The notes under the pieces were generated by a model, which saw only the letters and a list, made by a program, of their open reading frames with translations, did not search any database and was not told the DNA's origin. Below, in pieces: positions 28,335 through 35,450 of a stretch of DNA of 61,046 nt. The stretch comes from an uncultured Candidatus Saccharibacteria bacterium. Its GTDB lineage: Bacteria; Patescibacteriota; Minisyncoccia; UBA6257; GWB1-50-10. Within the stretch, counting starts at the first letter, position 1, and every line of letters starts with the position of its first letter. Both the position numbers and the translations under genes were made by a program. The stretch lies in contig CAZBVS010000001.1 in assembly GCA_964495575.1 (NCBI GenBank), positions 1 to 61,046 on the forward strand, given 5' to 3'.

Positions 28335-28363
28335 ACTATATCTTCTATTCTTGAATTAATCAA
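28335..28363 (-). promoter_or_regulatory. candidate rpsO promoter (TTGATT-17-TATAGT)
   Basis: Read on the minus strand; the -10 box ends about 44 nt upstream of the rpsO ATG. Confidence 0.45.
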
Positions 28364-28390
28364 GTCTCTTAGTAAATTTTTAGTTATTTA

Positions 28391-28554
28391 AAATAAAAAA
28401 GGGATGGCGAACCGCCATCCCCGCAATAAGACTCATTTGGCCTGAAACTGTCCCTGAAGAACAGCGGAGGAAAACCTCTTCGCCATAATATCCTCCATTT
28501 TTATGATTACGCCCTTGAGAAAGGGCTTGTTTCGTACAAAGTATTAAATAACTA
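28391..28554 (-). ncRNA. candidate small RNA / micro-ORF transcript of about 160 nt ending in a strong intrinsic terminator
   Basis: Bounded by a promoter (28561-28589) and the terminator ggggatggcg-gtt-cgccatccc+TTTTTT (28391-28422). Contains hairpins gcccttTCTCaagggc, ggagga...tcctcc and ctgttc...gggacag. A 17-codon ORF (MAKRFSSAVLQGQFQAK, 28433-28486) follows a GGAGG box with a 5-nt spacer. Confidence 0.4.
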
Positions 28555-28560
28555 TCCTCT

Positions 28561-28589
28561 AAATTAGCACCCAGCTCTTATTTAGTCAA
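28561..28589 (-). promoter_or_regulatory. candidate promoter (TTGACT-17-TAATTT)
   Basis: Read on the minus strand, immediately downstream of the recombinase gene stop. Confidence 0.45.
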
Positions 28590-28597
28590 GGACTAAC

Positions 28598-29428
28598 TTA
28601 ACTTTTTAACCTTTCTTTGTATGCTTTAGTTACAGATATATCACTATGACCAAGTATCTCTTTAGCTTTTCCTAGATCTGTTCTTTTAAATAAGGAAGCA
28701 GCAAAGGAGTCCCTTAACGTCTGAGGGGTTATATTTGATATTCCAGCTTTCCTACCAAATCTATTAAGCAGCCTTTGAACCGAACGAGGACTTATTCTCC
28801 CTAGCACTCTTCCTTTTTTAGTTAAAGAAACAAACAAAGCACTTTCTTGATCATCTCTCTGTTTTAAGTAATCTTTTATTTTCTTCACCGCTAATTTTGA
28901 TAAATGAATTTTTCTCTCTTTATTGTTTTTGTCTTTTATAACAAGTATTCCCGAATCTAAATCAATTTTCTTATCTAATCTACATAACTCAGATACCTTA
29001 ATTCTAGTAGATATCAGAGTTTCAAAAATTGCTCTGTTTCTTTTTTCCCTTAATCCTTGATTTCTTAAATCTCTTAGCTTTTTTATTTCTTCCTTGCTTA
29101 ATACCTCCAGTGTCTCTTTTTGATGTTTAAACAATCGTACTTCTTCAAGGTTTAAAACCTTATCCTTTTTATTTTTAATAAACTTTAAAAAACTTCTTAA
29201 GCCTATTAAATAGTAGTTCTGGGTTGTTTTTTTAATTTTTCTTCCTTTTAGCACATTTTTGTATCTTTTAATCTTTCTTAGACTAATATCTTCCAATCTT
29301 TTTACTTTCATAGAGCTTAAGAAATTATTAACGTACCGTTTATAGTTTTTAATTGTTGTTTTATCTAACCCCTGGGTTTTTAAGTAACGTAAGTACTCTT
29401 TTTTAAGATTTTTTATATTTTCCATCAA
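28598..29428 (-). CDS. tyrosine site-specific recombinase (XerC/XerD-like integrase family)
   Basis: N-terminal SAM-like domain, catalytic region RIKVSELCRL, TPQTLRDSFA, LGHSDISVTKAY. The first conserved His reads Gln. Confidence 0.8.
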   Translation of the reverse strand: MMENIKNLKKEYLRYLKTQGLDKTTIKNYKRYVNNFLSSMKVKRLEDISLRKIKRYKNVLKGRKIKKTTQNYYLIGLRSFLKFIKNKKDKVLNLEEVRLFKHQKETLEVLSKEEIKKLRDLRNQGLREKRNRAIFETLISTRIKVSELCRLDKKIDLDSGILVIKDKNNKERKIHLSKLAVKKIKDYLKQRDDQESALFVSLTKKGRVLGRISPRSVQRLLNRFGRKAGISNITPQTLRDSFAASLFKRTDLGKAKEILGHSDISVTKAYKERLKS

Positions 29429-29511
29429 CTAAATTATACCTTAAAACCTGTCGCAAAACATGTGTAAAAAACTTGTATTGGGTTTTAATATGGTATAATG
29501 TTTACATTGAT

Positions 29512-30555
29512 ATGGATATCGAAGATATATACTCCCTGACCAGGGACATGTTAAAAAAAGCCAATTTTTGGCTGAGTTTGCTTATTTTATCAATCTTAGT
29601 GGTAAACGGGTTTCTTGTAAGCTCAATTAATGACAGCGACCCTTATAACAGTCGTTGGAGTTTTGGAGGACCGGTAAAAACAAGTTTAGATACCGCTACC
29701 TCTCTTGATTTTCAAACAACTACATTTGAAAGCTCAGCATCACAAAATGAAGAAGGTGGTGCTTCTTTTGTATATTTAGAAGACGGTTCAGCCGTGGGAG
29801 CTTCTCATACATACTCAAACGTTATCCCTACTCGACAAGGTCTTATGAAATACAAGGTGGGTAAAGGAGACACCTTGTCTGAGATAGCGGCTCAGTTTGG
29901 GGTTACCTTAGACACAATAAAATGGGCTAACCTAGATGTAGGATCCATGATCTCTCCTGGTGATGAACTAACGATTCTTCCTGTTTCTGGGATTCTTTAT
30001 GAAGTACAGCCCGAAGACACTCTAGAAAGTGTAGCTGCTAAATACAGAATAAATCCCGAACTTATCAAAAAATACAACCCCGAATACCAAAAACTTTTTG
30101 AGTCTCCAAGGCAGATGGTGATTCTTCCATACGCAAAACCACTTAATAAGTGGTCTTATGTTAACCAATATCAAGAAAATCTTCCTAATCTTGATAACTA
30201 CTTTACTCTTCCTGCTCGTGGATGGAACTGGGGTGAACTTCATTATTACAACGCTATTGATATTGCTGCTGACTGTGGTAAATCTGTCTATGCCGCCGCA
30301 GAAGGTCTTGTGATAGAAGAATCTGATAATAATCGTTGGAATGAAGGGTATGGAAACTACCTCTTTATAGAACACCCTAACGGTACCAAGACAAAATACG
30401 CCCACACCTTAGAAAACTTAGTTTCCGAAGGAGAATATGTACTTCAAGGAGAGGAAATAGCTTTGATAGGTAACACAGGTAATACAGACGGACCAACCGG
30501 TTGCCATCTTCACTTTGAGGTATACGGCGCCCGAAACCCATTTGCTGTGAAATAA
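29512..30555 (+). CDS. LysM-domain M23-family metallopeptidase (peptidoglycan hydrolase)
   Basis: N-terminal anchor FWLSLLILSILVVNGFLV, two LysM repeats (YKVGKGDTLSEIAAQFGV, YEVQPEDTLESVAAKYRI), M23 motifs NAIDIAA and HLHFEV. Start set at ATG 29512, downstream of the tataat at 29494-29499. Confidence 0.85.
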   Translation: MDIEDIYSLTRDMLKKANFWLSLLILSILVVNGFLVSSINDSDPYNSRWSFGGPVKTSLDTATSLDFQTTTFESSASQNEEGGASFVYLEDGSAVGASHTYSNVIPTRQGLMKYKVGKGDTLSEIAAQFGVTLDTIKWANLDVGSMISPGDELTILPVSGILYEVQPEDTLESVAAKYRINPELIKKYNPEYQKLFESPRQMVILPYAKPLNKWSYVNQYQENLPNLDNYFTLPARGWNWGELHYYNAIDIAADCGKSVYAAAEGLVIEESDNNRWNEGYGNYLFIEHPNGTKTKYAHTLENLVSEGEYVLQGEEIALIGNTGNTDGPTGCHLHFEVYGARNPFAVK

Positions 30556-30583
30556 TAAATCTGATTTAAAATAAAAAAATAAA

Positions 30584-30610
30584 AACCAGCTGAGACAGCT
30601 GGTTTATTTT
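30584..30610 (+). terminator. intrinsic terminator after the M23 peptidase gene
   Basis: aaccagctg-aga-cagctggtt followed by tatttt. Confidence 0.7.
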
Positions 30611-30617
30611 ATATAAT

Positions 30618-30753
30618 TGGTGGAGCTGGCAGGACTTTAACCTGCACCCCTTGCCTGAAAAAGCAAGTATTCTTTCAATCAGGGTTCCTTTACGTTATAC
30701 AAACTTCTACGTTTGTATAACCGGGAACGGCTGACGACTTGAACTACAGCTCC
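30618..30753 (-). ncRNA. 136-nt tRNA-like RNA with encoded CCA, non-canonical (not assignable to any tRNA or to tmRNA)
   Basis: The minus strand reads GGAGCUG...GCAGG-UUAAAGU-CCUGC-CAGCUCC-A-CCA. It has a 7-bp acceptor closure, a T-arm-like hairpin and a terminal ACCA. Two internal arms are present: GUUCC/GGAAC capped by a perfect 10-bp hairpin UUAUACAAAC/GUUUGUAUAA, and CUUGC/GCAAG. No standard D arm or 7-nt anticodon loop can be drawn. Confidence 0.45.
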
Positions 30754-30794
30754 TTATTTTTAATGTACACCTAATTTTAAAGGTACAGTTTTCC

Positions 30795-30880
30795 AAGATA
30801 AAAACCCGCAAAATACGGGTTTCTTTATACATCCTTCAAAAAAGAAAAAGCGGCCGATGGGTTTTGTGAAGAATGTACTA
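30795..30880 (-). ncRNA. candidate small RNA of about 85 nt (promoter-to-terminator unit)
   Basis: Starts about 7 nt after the TAGAAT -10 box and ends at hairpin aaacccg-7nt-cgggttt (30802-30822) followed by ttttat on the minus strand. Confidence 0.35.
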
Positions 30881-30886
30881 GTTACT

Positions 30887-30914
30887 ATTCTATTGATCTA
30901 AAATAATTTGTCAA
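30887..30914 (-). promoter_or_regulatory. strong promoter-like element (TTGACA-16-TAGAAT)
   Basis: Read on the minus strand, between the dksA-like terminator and the candidate sRNA. Confidence 0.5.
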
Positions 30915-30931
30915 ATAATTTATCAACAAAT

Positions 30932-30960
30932 AAAAAAATAACCGGCTAGAAAGCCGGTTA
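30932..30960 (-). terminator. intrinsic terminator after the DksA/TraR-like gene
   Basis: taaccggc-6nt-gccggtta followed on the minus strand by a run of 7 T. Confidence 0.7.
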
Positions 30961-30968
30961 TTTAACTT

Positions 30969-31307
30969 TTACTTACCCTTTTTACACTTCTTGCATAATA
31001 CTGAAGCGGGATTAGCTTCCAGCACCTCTTCTTCTATCTCCTGCTCACATTCTTCGCATACTCCGTATGTACCAGCCTTTATTTTCTCTAAAGCTCTATT
31101 TATATCCTCCAGTCTTTCTTCTAGATTCATCTTTACATCAATGTAGTTAGCAAACTCCTCGCTTTCATCTGTTTCTTCATCCCCAGAATCAACGTCATCT
31201 CCAAAATCAAGATTCTTCTTTAAACTTTCTAATCTCTCTTGAACTTCTTCTCTTTCTTCTGATAAATCTTTTTTATACTCCTCTATTTTTTCTTTTGATA
31301 AAGACAT
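30969..31307 (-). CDS. DksA/TraR-family C4 zinc-finger protein
   Basis: Acidic coiled-coil N-terminus and C-terminal CEECEQEI...LCKKC. Confidence 0.75.
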   Translation of the reverse strand: MSLSKEKIEEYKKDLSEEREEVQERLESLKKNLDFGDDVDSGDEETDESEEFANYIDVKMNLEERLEDINRALEKIKAGTYGVCEECEQEIEEEVLEANPASVLCKKCKKGK

Positions 31308-31371
31308 GTTTTTATTTATGTTATTTCTTTATAAATTCTATCACATCTAGGACATCCAGCAAACATATTTC

Positions 31372-31400
31372 TTGCGCTCTATTTAATTACTTCATATAGT
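31372..31400 (+). promoter_or_regulatory. candidate tsaD promoter (TTGCGC-17-TATAGT), -10 box 8 nt from the ATG
   Basis: Hexamers and spacing read directly; there is no SD between the -10 box and the start. Confidence 0.4.
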
Positions 31401-31408
31401 ATAAAGGT

Positions 31409-32446
31409 ATGAAAATATTATCCATAGAAACCTCTTGTGATGAAACTGGTATTTCTTTAGTTAATATTGAAGGAAGTCTTTCATCACTCAAAATAAATAT
31501 ATTAAAAGAATTAGTCGCTACTCAAATAAAGGTTCATCGAGAATATGGCGGCGTAGTTCCTGGTTTAGCAAGAAGAGAACACGAAAAAAACTTACCTATC
31601 TTGTTTGATAAGATAGGTTCTTCAAAATTAAACCCAGACCTTCTTTCTGTTACCGTAGGCCCCGGCCTTGATCCTTGTCTTTGGAGCGGTATAAACTATA
31701 CACAAAAGATTCATAAAGAATGTTTTTCTGATATTCCGCTTATTGGTACAAATCATCTTGAAGGACATCTTTTCAGCTTTGTTTTGGACGATGAATTCAG
31801 AGTGAAAGAAAACAAATATTCGGTAAAAAATATTGATGATAATTTTCCGGCAATAGGGTTAGTGGTAAGTGGAGGGCACACCATAATTATTCACATGCGA
31901 TCTTTAACAGACTGGGAAATTTTAGGCCAAACAAGAGATGATGCTGTAGGGGAAGCTTTTGATAAAGTTGCTAGACTCATTGACCTCCCCTACCCTGGAG
32001 GTCCTAAAATCGAAAAGCTATCCAAGGAACACAACGGAGAAAAACTTGATTTTCCTGAACCAATGATTCATTCCAAAAACTATGACTTTAGCTACTCCGG
32101 TCTCAAAACACACATCCTCTACCACCTAAGAGATAACCCAGATGAGAACAAAGCTGCCATAGCTTACTCCTTCCAGGAATCGGCCTTTGCCCCGCTTGTG
32201 AAAAAAGCAAAAAGAGCTGTCCGAGAATATGATGCCAACTCAATCCTTCTCTCCGGCGGCGTGGCCGCAAACAACACCCTAAAGAACAAACTTAAAGATT
32301 TATCCAACAAACTAAATATTACTTTCAGATCAGCCCCTATTAAATACAACACCGACAACGGAACAATAATTGCCATAGCTTCATATATAAACCAACTCAC
32401 AGACAAAGAATATAAACTAGAAGCCCAACCAAACCTAGGTCTATAA
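31409..32446 (+). CDS. tsaD: tRNA N6-adenosine threonylcarbamoyltransferase TsaD
   Basis: MKILSIETSCDETGISLV, HLEGH, VVSGGHT and LSGGVAAN motifs. Confidence 0.9.
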   Translation: MKILSIETSCDETGISLVNIEGSLSSLKINILKELVATQIKVHREYGGVVPGLARREHEKNLPILFDKIGSSKLNPDLLSVTVGPGLDPCLWSGINYTQKIHKECFSDIPLIGTNHLEGHLFSFVLDDEFRVKENKYSVKNIDDNFPAIGLVVSGGHTIIIHMRSLTDWEILGQTRDDAVGEAFDKVARLIDLPYPGGPKIEKLSKEHNGEKLDFPEPMIHSKNYDFSYSGLKTHILYHLRDNPDENKAAIAYSFQESAFAPLVKKAKRAVREYDANSILLSGGVAANNTLKNKLKDLSNKLNITFRSAPIKYNTDNGTIIAIASYINQLTDKEYKLEAQPNLGL

Positions 32447-32449
32447 TCC

Positions 32450-32478
32450 TTGACACAAGTTTAACGCTAATGTATAAT
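32450..32478 (+). promoter_or_regulatory. consensus sigma70-type promoter (TTGACA-17-TATAAT)
   Basis: Perfect hexamers with 17-nt spacing, starting 4 nt after the tsaD stop. Followed by an 8-bp 5'-UTR hairpin (32504-32527) and SD AAGGAGG (32537-32543). Confidence 0.7.
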
Positions 32479-32549
32479 TAAAGCAGAAACTTGAAAAAAG
32501 GGAAATCCTAACCCTTGAATTAGGATTAATCTAAATAAGGAGGTATGCT

Positions 32550-33155
32550 ATGAATTCCATAGTAAGCCGTGATCTTTCCGTACATCAAGAACACGAACTC
32601 CTGCTCAAGCTTGAACAGGCAGGTCTTAACAGCAAAATGGCTCAAAAAGTTATTGAGTCAAAGAACAACAGGGTTGCTAAGGAGATGATCGAAGTTATAT
32701 CAGATGAGTTAAGTTCGGTCATCACCGTTGAAATAGAGACTAAATCCCTTCTCGATCTAAGAGAAGAGTATGGTACCGGTGAAGGTGGCTTTTACGACAA
32801 CGACTGGTGGCTCAACGAAGAGTTCGCTGAAAGTGTTCCCGAGCCGGGAATCTATGAGGTGAACGTCGAGAAACAGCTTGTCAACATGACTTACGACGAG
32901 CAGGTTGAAGCCATACCTGAAGGATGGGATTTTCCTCATCCGGCAGTTATTGCCCAAGTGATTCTAAAACACCACAAAGAAACTGGAGAAAATCTCTTGA
33001 AAGATTGGTGGACTCTCGCCTCTTTGACTGGTTCGGACGGCCGTCGTGTCCGCGTCGGCTACTTCGATTCCTGCGGTCTCAGCGTTCGCTACGTCCGGGA
33101 CGATATCCGCGTTTCCTATATCGGTGTTGTCACCGCTCGAAAAACAGACAAATAA
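32550..33155 (+). CDS. orphan hypothetical protein encoded by a compositionally foreign (GC-rich) gene
   Basis: 201-aa ORF with a strong SD 6 nt upstream. My hand count gives 37/60 G+C at 33001-33060, versus 15/60 at 31441-31500 in neighbouring tsaD. I recognise no family motif. Confidence 0.7.
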   Translation: MNSIVSRDLSVHQEHELLLKLEQAGLNSKMAQKVIESKNNRVAKEMIEVISDELSSVITVEIETKSLLDLREEYGTGEGGFYDNDWWLNEEFAESVPEPGIYEVNVEKQLVNMTYDEQVEAIPEGWDFPHPAVIAQVILKHHKETGENLLKDWWTLASLTGSDGRRVRVGYFDSCGLSVRYVRDDIRVSYIGVVTARKTDK

Positions 33156-33175
33156 ATTAATTTCAAGGCATATTC

Positions 33176-33208
33176 AAAGCGCTCATATTCCCATATGAGC
33201 GCTTTTTT
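33176..33208 (+). terminator. intrinsic terminator of the GC-rich cassette
   Basis: 13-bp stem aaagcgctcatat/atatgagcgcttt with loop tccc, followed by a T-run. Confidence 0.8.
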
Positions 33209-33211
33209 CAT

Positions 33212-33239
33212 TTGAGAAAATCAGCCATCTTGATAGAAT
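33212..33239 (+). promoter_or_regulatory. candidate valS promoter (TTGAGA-16-TAGAAT), -10 box 7 nt from the ATG
   Basis: Hexamers read directly. This geometry predicts a leaderless or near-leaderless valS mRNA. Confidence 0.4.
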
Positions 33240-33246
33240 AAGACAT

Positions 33247-35421
33247 ATGGAAAAACGTTTTAATCACAACGAAGAAGAAGAGAAAATATACAAGGCCTGG
33301 GAAGAAGCCGGATATTTTTCACCTGAAGGATGTATAAAAGCAGACGTTACCGATAAAGAGGCAGAACCTTTCTCTATGGTTCTCCCTCCTCCTAACGTAA
33401 CCGGGGATCTTCACATGGGTCATGCTGCTATGCTTGTCATCGAAGACATCATGACTAGATATCACAGAATGAATGGCTACCGCACTCTTTGGCTACCCGG
33501 CACAGACCATGCCGCAATTGCTACACAATCAAAAGTAGAATCAAAAATATTTGAAGAACAGAACAAAACCCGTCATGATCTTGGCCGGGATGAGTTTTTA
33601 GAAAAAGTTAATAAGTTTGCCAAGGAAAGCCATGACACAATAATTAACCAGGTAAGAGCCATGGGAGCATCCTTAGACTGGGACAGAGAAGCCTTTACCT
33701 TAGACAAACCAAGAGAGAAGGCAGTAAGGACTGCCTTCAAGAGAATGTATGACGACGGTCTCATATACAGAGGAGACAGAATTGTAAACTGGTGTCCACG
33801 CTGTGGCTCTACCCTTTCTGATGACGAGGTAGAATACAAAGAACGCAATACCAAACTCTATGAATTTAAATACGATAAAAGTTTTCCGTTAACTATTGCC
33901 ACTACTCGTCCTGAAACAAAGTTAGGCGACACAGCCGTGGCTGTTCATCCTGATGATAAACGGTATAAAAAGTACGTAGGTAAAGAATATGATGTAGACT
34001 TCGCTGGTCAAGACCTTCATATAAAGGTAGTGGCTGATCGTAATGTTGATCCTGAATTCGGAACAGGAGCTGTTGGAATTACCCCAGCCCACAGTCATGT
34101 TGACTGGGAAATAGCCGAAAAAAACGATATCCCTAAAATCCAGATTATCGGCGAGGACGGTAAGATGACAGATAAGGCCGGAGACTTCGCTGGCCAGACC
34201 GTTAAGGAGGCTAGAAAAGGAGTTGTAAAATGGCTCAAGGAAAATGATTTAATAACGAAAGAAGAAGATGCTCCTCAAAACTTAAGTATCTGCTATCGAT
34301 GTGATACGCCCGTAGAACCACTTCCAAAGCTTCAGTGGTTCATTGATGTGAATAAAGAGTTTAAAATGAAGCATTCTAAGATAGAAGGAGTAAACAAAGG
34401 AGACAAAACAAGCTTAAAGAAGCTCATGATTACTGTCGTAGAAAATTCCCAGATTGACATCATTCCAGAAAGATTTAAAAAAGTATATTATCATTGGATT
34501 GAAAACTTGAGAGACTGGTGTATATCAAGACAAATCTGGTACGGTCATCGTATTCCTGTTTGGTACAAAGATGACGAAACATATGTCGGTCTTGAAAAAC
34601 CAAAAGAGGAAGGTTGGAAACAGGACCCGGACACTCTAGATACCTGGTTTTCATCAGGCCTGTGGACATTTTCAACCTTAGGTTGGCCTGAAAAAACGGA
34701 AGATCTAAAAACTTACCACCCTACCTCAGTACTAGAAACAGGGTATGATATTCTTTTCTTCTGGGTAGCAAGAATGATTCTTATGAGTACCTATCTTTTA
34801 GGAGAAATACCGTTTGAAGATGTATATCTTCATGGATTAGTTCGTGACGAACAAGGCAGGAAGATGAGTAAGTCCTTAGGCAACGGTATTGATCCTTTAG
34901 AAATGATTGAAAAATATGGAGCAGATGCCACAAGACTCTCATTAATCATAGGAGTTGGTCCAGGAAGTGATATCAATCTTTCTGAAGACAAAGTAAAGGC
35001 ATACCGAAACTTCAGTACTAAAATTTGGAATGTTGCCCGATTCCTTAATATGTCTAAGCCAGAAAATTATAACCAGGAAGAAGCCAAACAGTTTTTAACT
35101 AAAGATGATAAAAAGGTAATTGAAGAAATAAATAAATTCAAAGAAGAGATTACCAAACATTATGAGAAGTATGAGTTTAATCTTGCTGGTGAAAAAACAT
35201 ATGATTATCTCTGGAACGAGTTGGCTAACAAACATCTTGAAAACAATAAAGACCGATTGAAAGGAGATGATCAAGAAAAAGCCAAAGCCGCTTATTATCT
35301 CTTAGAAAAGGTATTGTTTGAGTGCCTTAAAATGCTTCATCCATTTATGCCTTTTGTTACTGAGGCAGTGTATCAAAAGTTAGAGTTGGGAGACAAGATG
35401 TTAATGGTTGAAAGTTGGTAA
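33247..35421 (+). CDS. valS: valine--tRNA ligase (compact form)
   Basis: PPPNVTGDLHMGHA (HIGH) and KMSKSLGN, with the CP1 editing domain. At 724 aa it has only a short C-terminal extension. Confidence 0.9.
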   Translation: MEKRFNHNEEEEKIYKAWEEAGYFSPEGCIKADVTDKEAEPFSMVLPPPNVTGDLHMGHAAMLVIEDIMTRYHRMNGYRTLWLPGTDHAAIATQSKVESKIFEEQNKTRHDLGRDEFLEKVNKFAKESHDTIINQVRAMGASLDWDREAFTLDKPREKAVRTAFKRMYDDGLIYRGDRIVNWCPRCGSTLSDDEVEYKERNTKLYEFKYDKSFPLTIATTRPETKLGDTAVAVHPDDKRYKKYVGKEYDVDFAGQDLHIKVVADRNVDPEFGTGAVGITPAHSHVDWEIAEKNDIPKIQIIGEDGKMTDKAGDFAGQTVKEARKGVVKWLKENDLITKEEDAPQNLSICYRCDTPVEPLPKLQWFIDVNKEFKMKHSKIEGVNKGDKTSLKKLMITVVENSQIDIIPERFKKVYYHWIENLRDWCISRQIWYGHRIPVWYKDDETYVGLEKPKEEGWKQDPDTLDTWFSSGLWTFSTLGWPEKTEDLKTYHPTSVLETGYDILFFWVARMILMSTYLLGEIPFEDVYLHGLVRDEQGRKMSKSLGNGIDPLEMIEKYGADATRLSLIIGVGPGSDINLSEDKVKAYRNFSTKIWNVARFLNMSKPENYNQEEAKQFLTKDDKKVIEEINKFKEEITKHYEKYEFNLAGEKTYDYLWNELANKHLENNKDRLKGDDQEKAKAAYYLLEKVLFECLKMLHPFMPFVTEAVYQKLELGDKMLMVESW

Positions 35422-35450
35422 CAATTATTTAATAAATTATAATTATATAT

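Noticed and set aside
28292-28363. 24-codon upstream extension of rpsO in the ORF track.
   Set aside because: S15 homology begins at MALSKRQ (ATG 28291). The extension covers a TTGATT-17-TATAGT promoter-like element.
29473-29511. TTG-initiated extension of the LysM/M23 ORF.
   Set aside because: It contains the tataat -10 box (29494-29499). The ATG at 29512 is the first plausible start downstream of that box.
30618-30753. tmRNA (ssrA), because the 3' end ...GCCAGCUCCACCA matches the E. coli tmRNA terminus.
   Set aside because: It is only 136 nt and has an A3:U70 pair instead of the G3:U70 needed for alanylation. I found no resume codon or tag ORF ending in a stop and no pseudoknot-sized regions. 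It is kept as an unclassified tRNA-like RNA.
28598-30753. Genomic island bounded by the tRNA-like RNA and containing the integrase and M23 peptidase.
   Set aside because: I could not find a direct repeat of the RNA's 3' end to the left of the integrase. The composition looks native and the cargo is a single cell-wall hydrolase. It is left as a check under the recombinase finding.
32757-33160. Alternate-frame ORFs 32924-33160 (+, Arg-rich) and 32757-32957 (-) inside the GC-rich gene.
   Set aside because: They are typical stop-codon-poor artefacts of locally high GC. They have no start context, and the + frame at 32550 has the SD and terminator.
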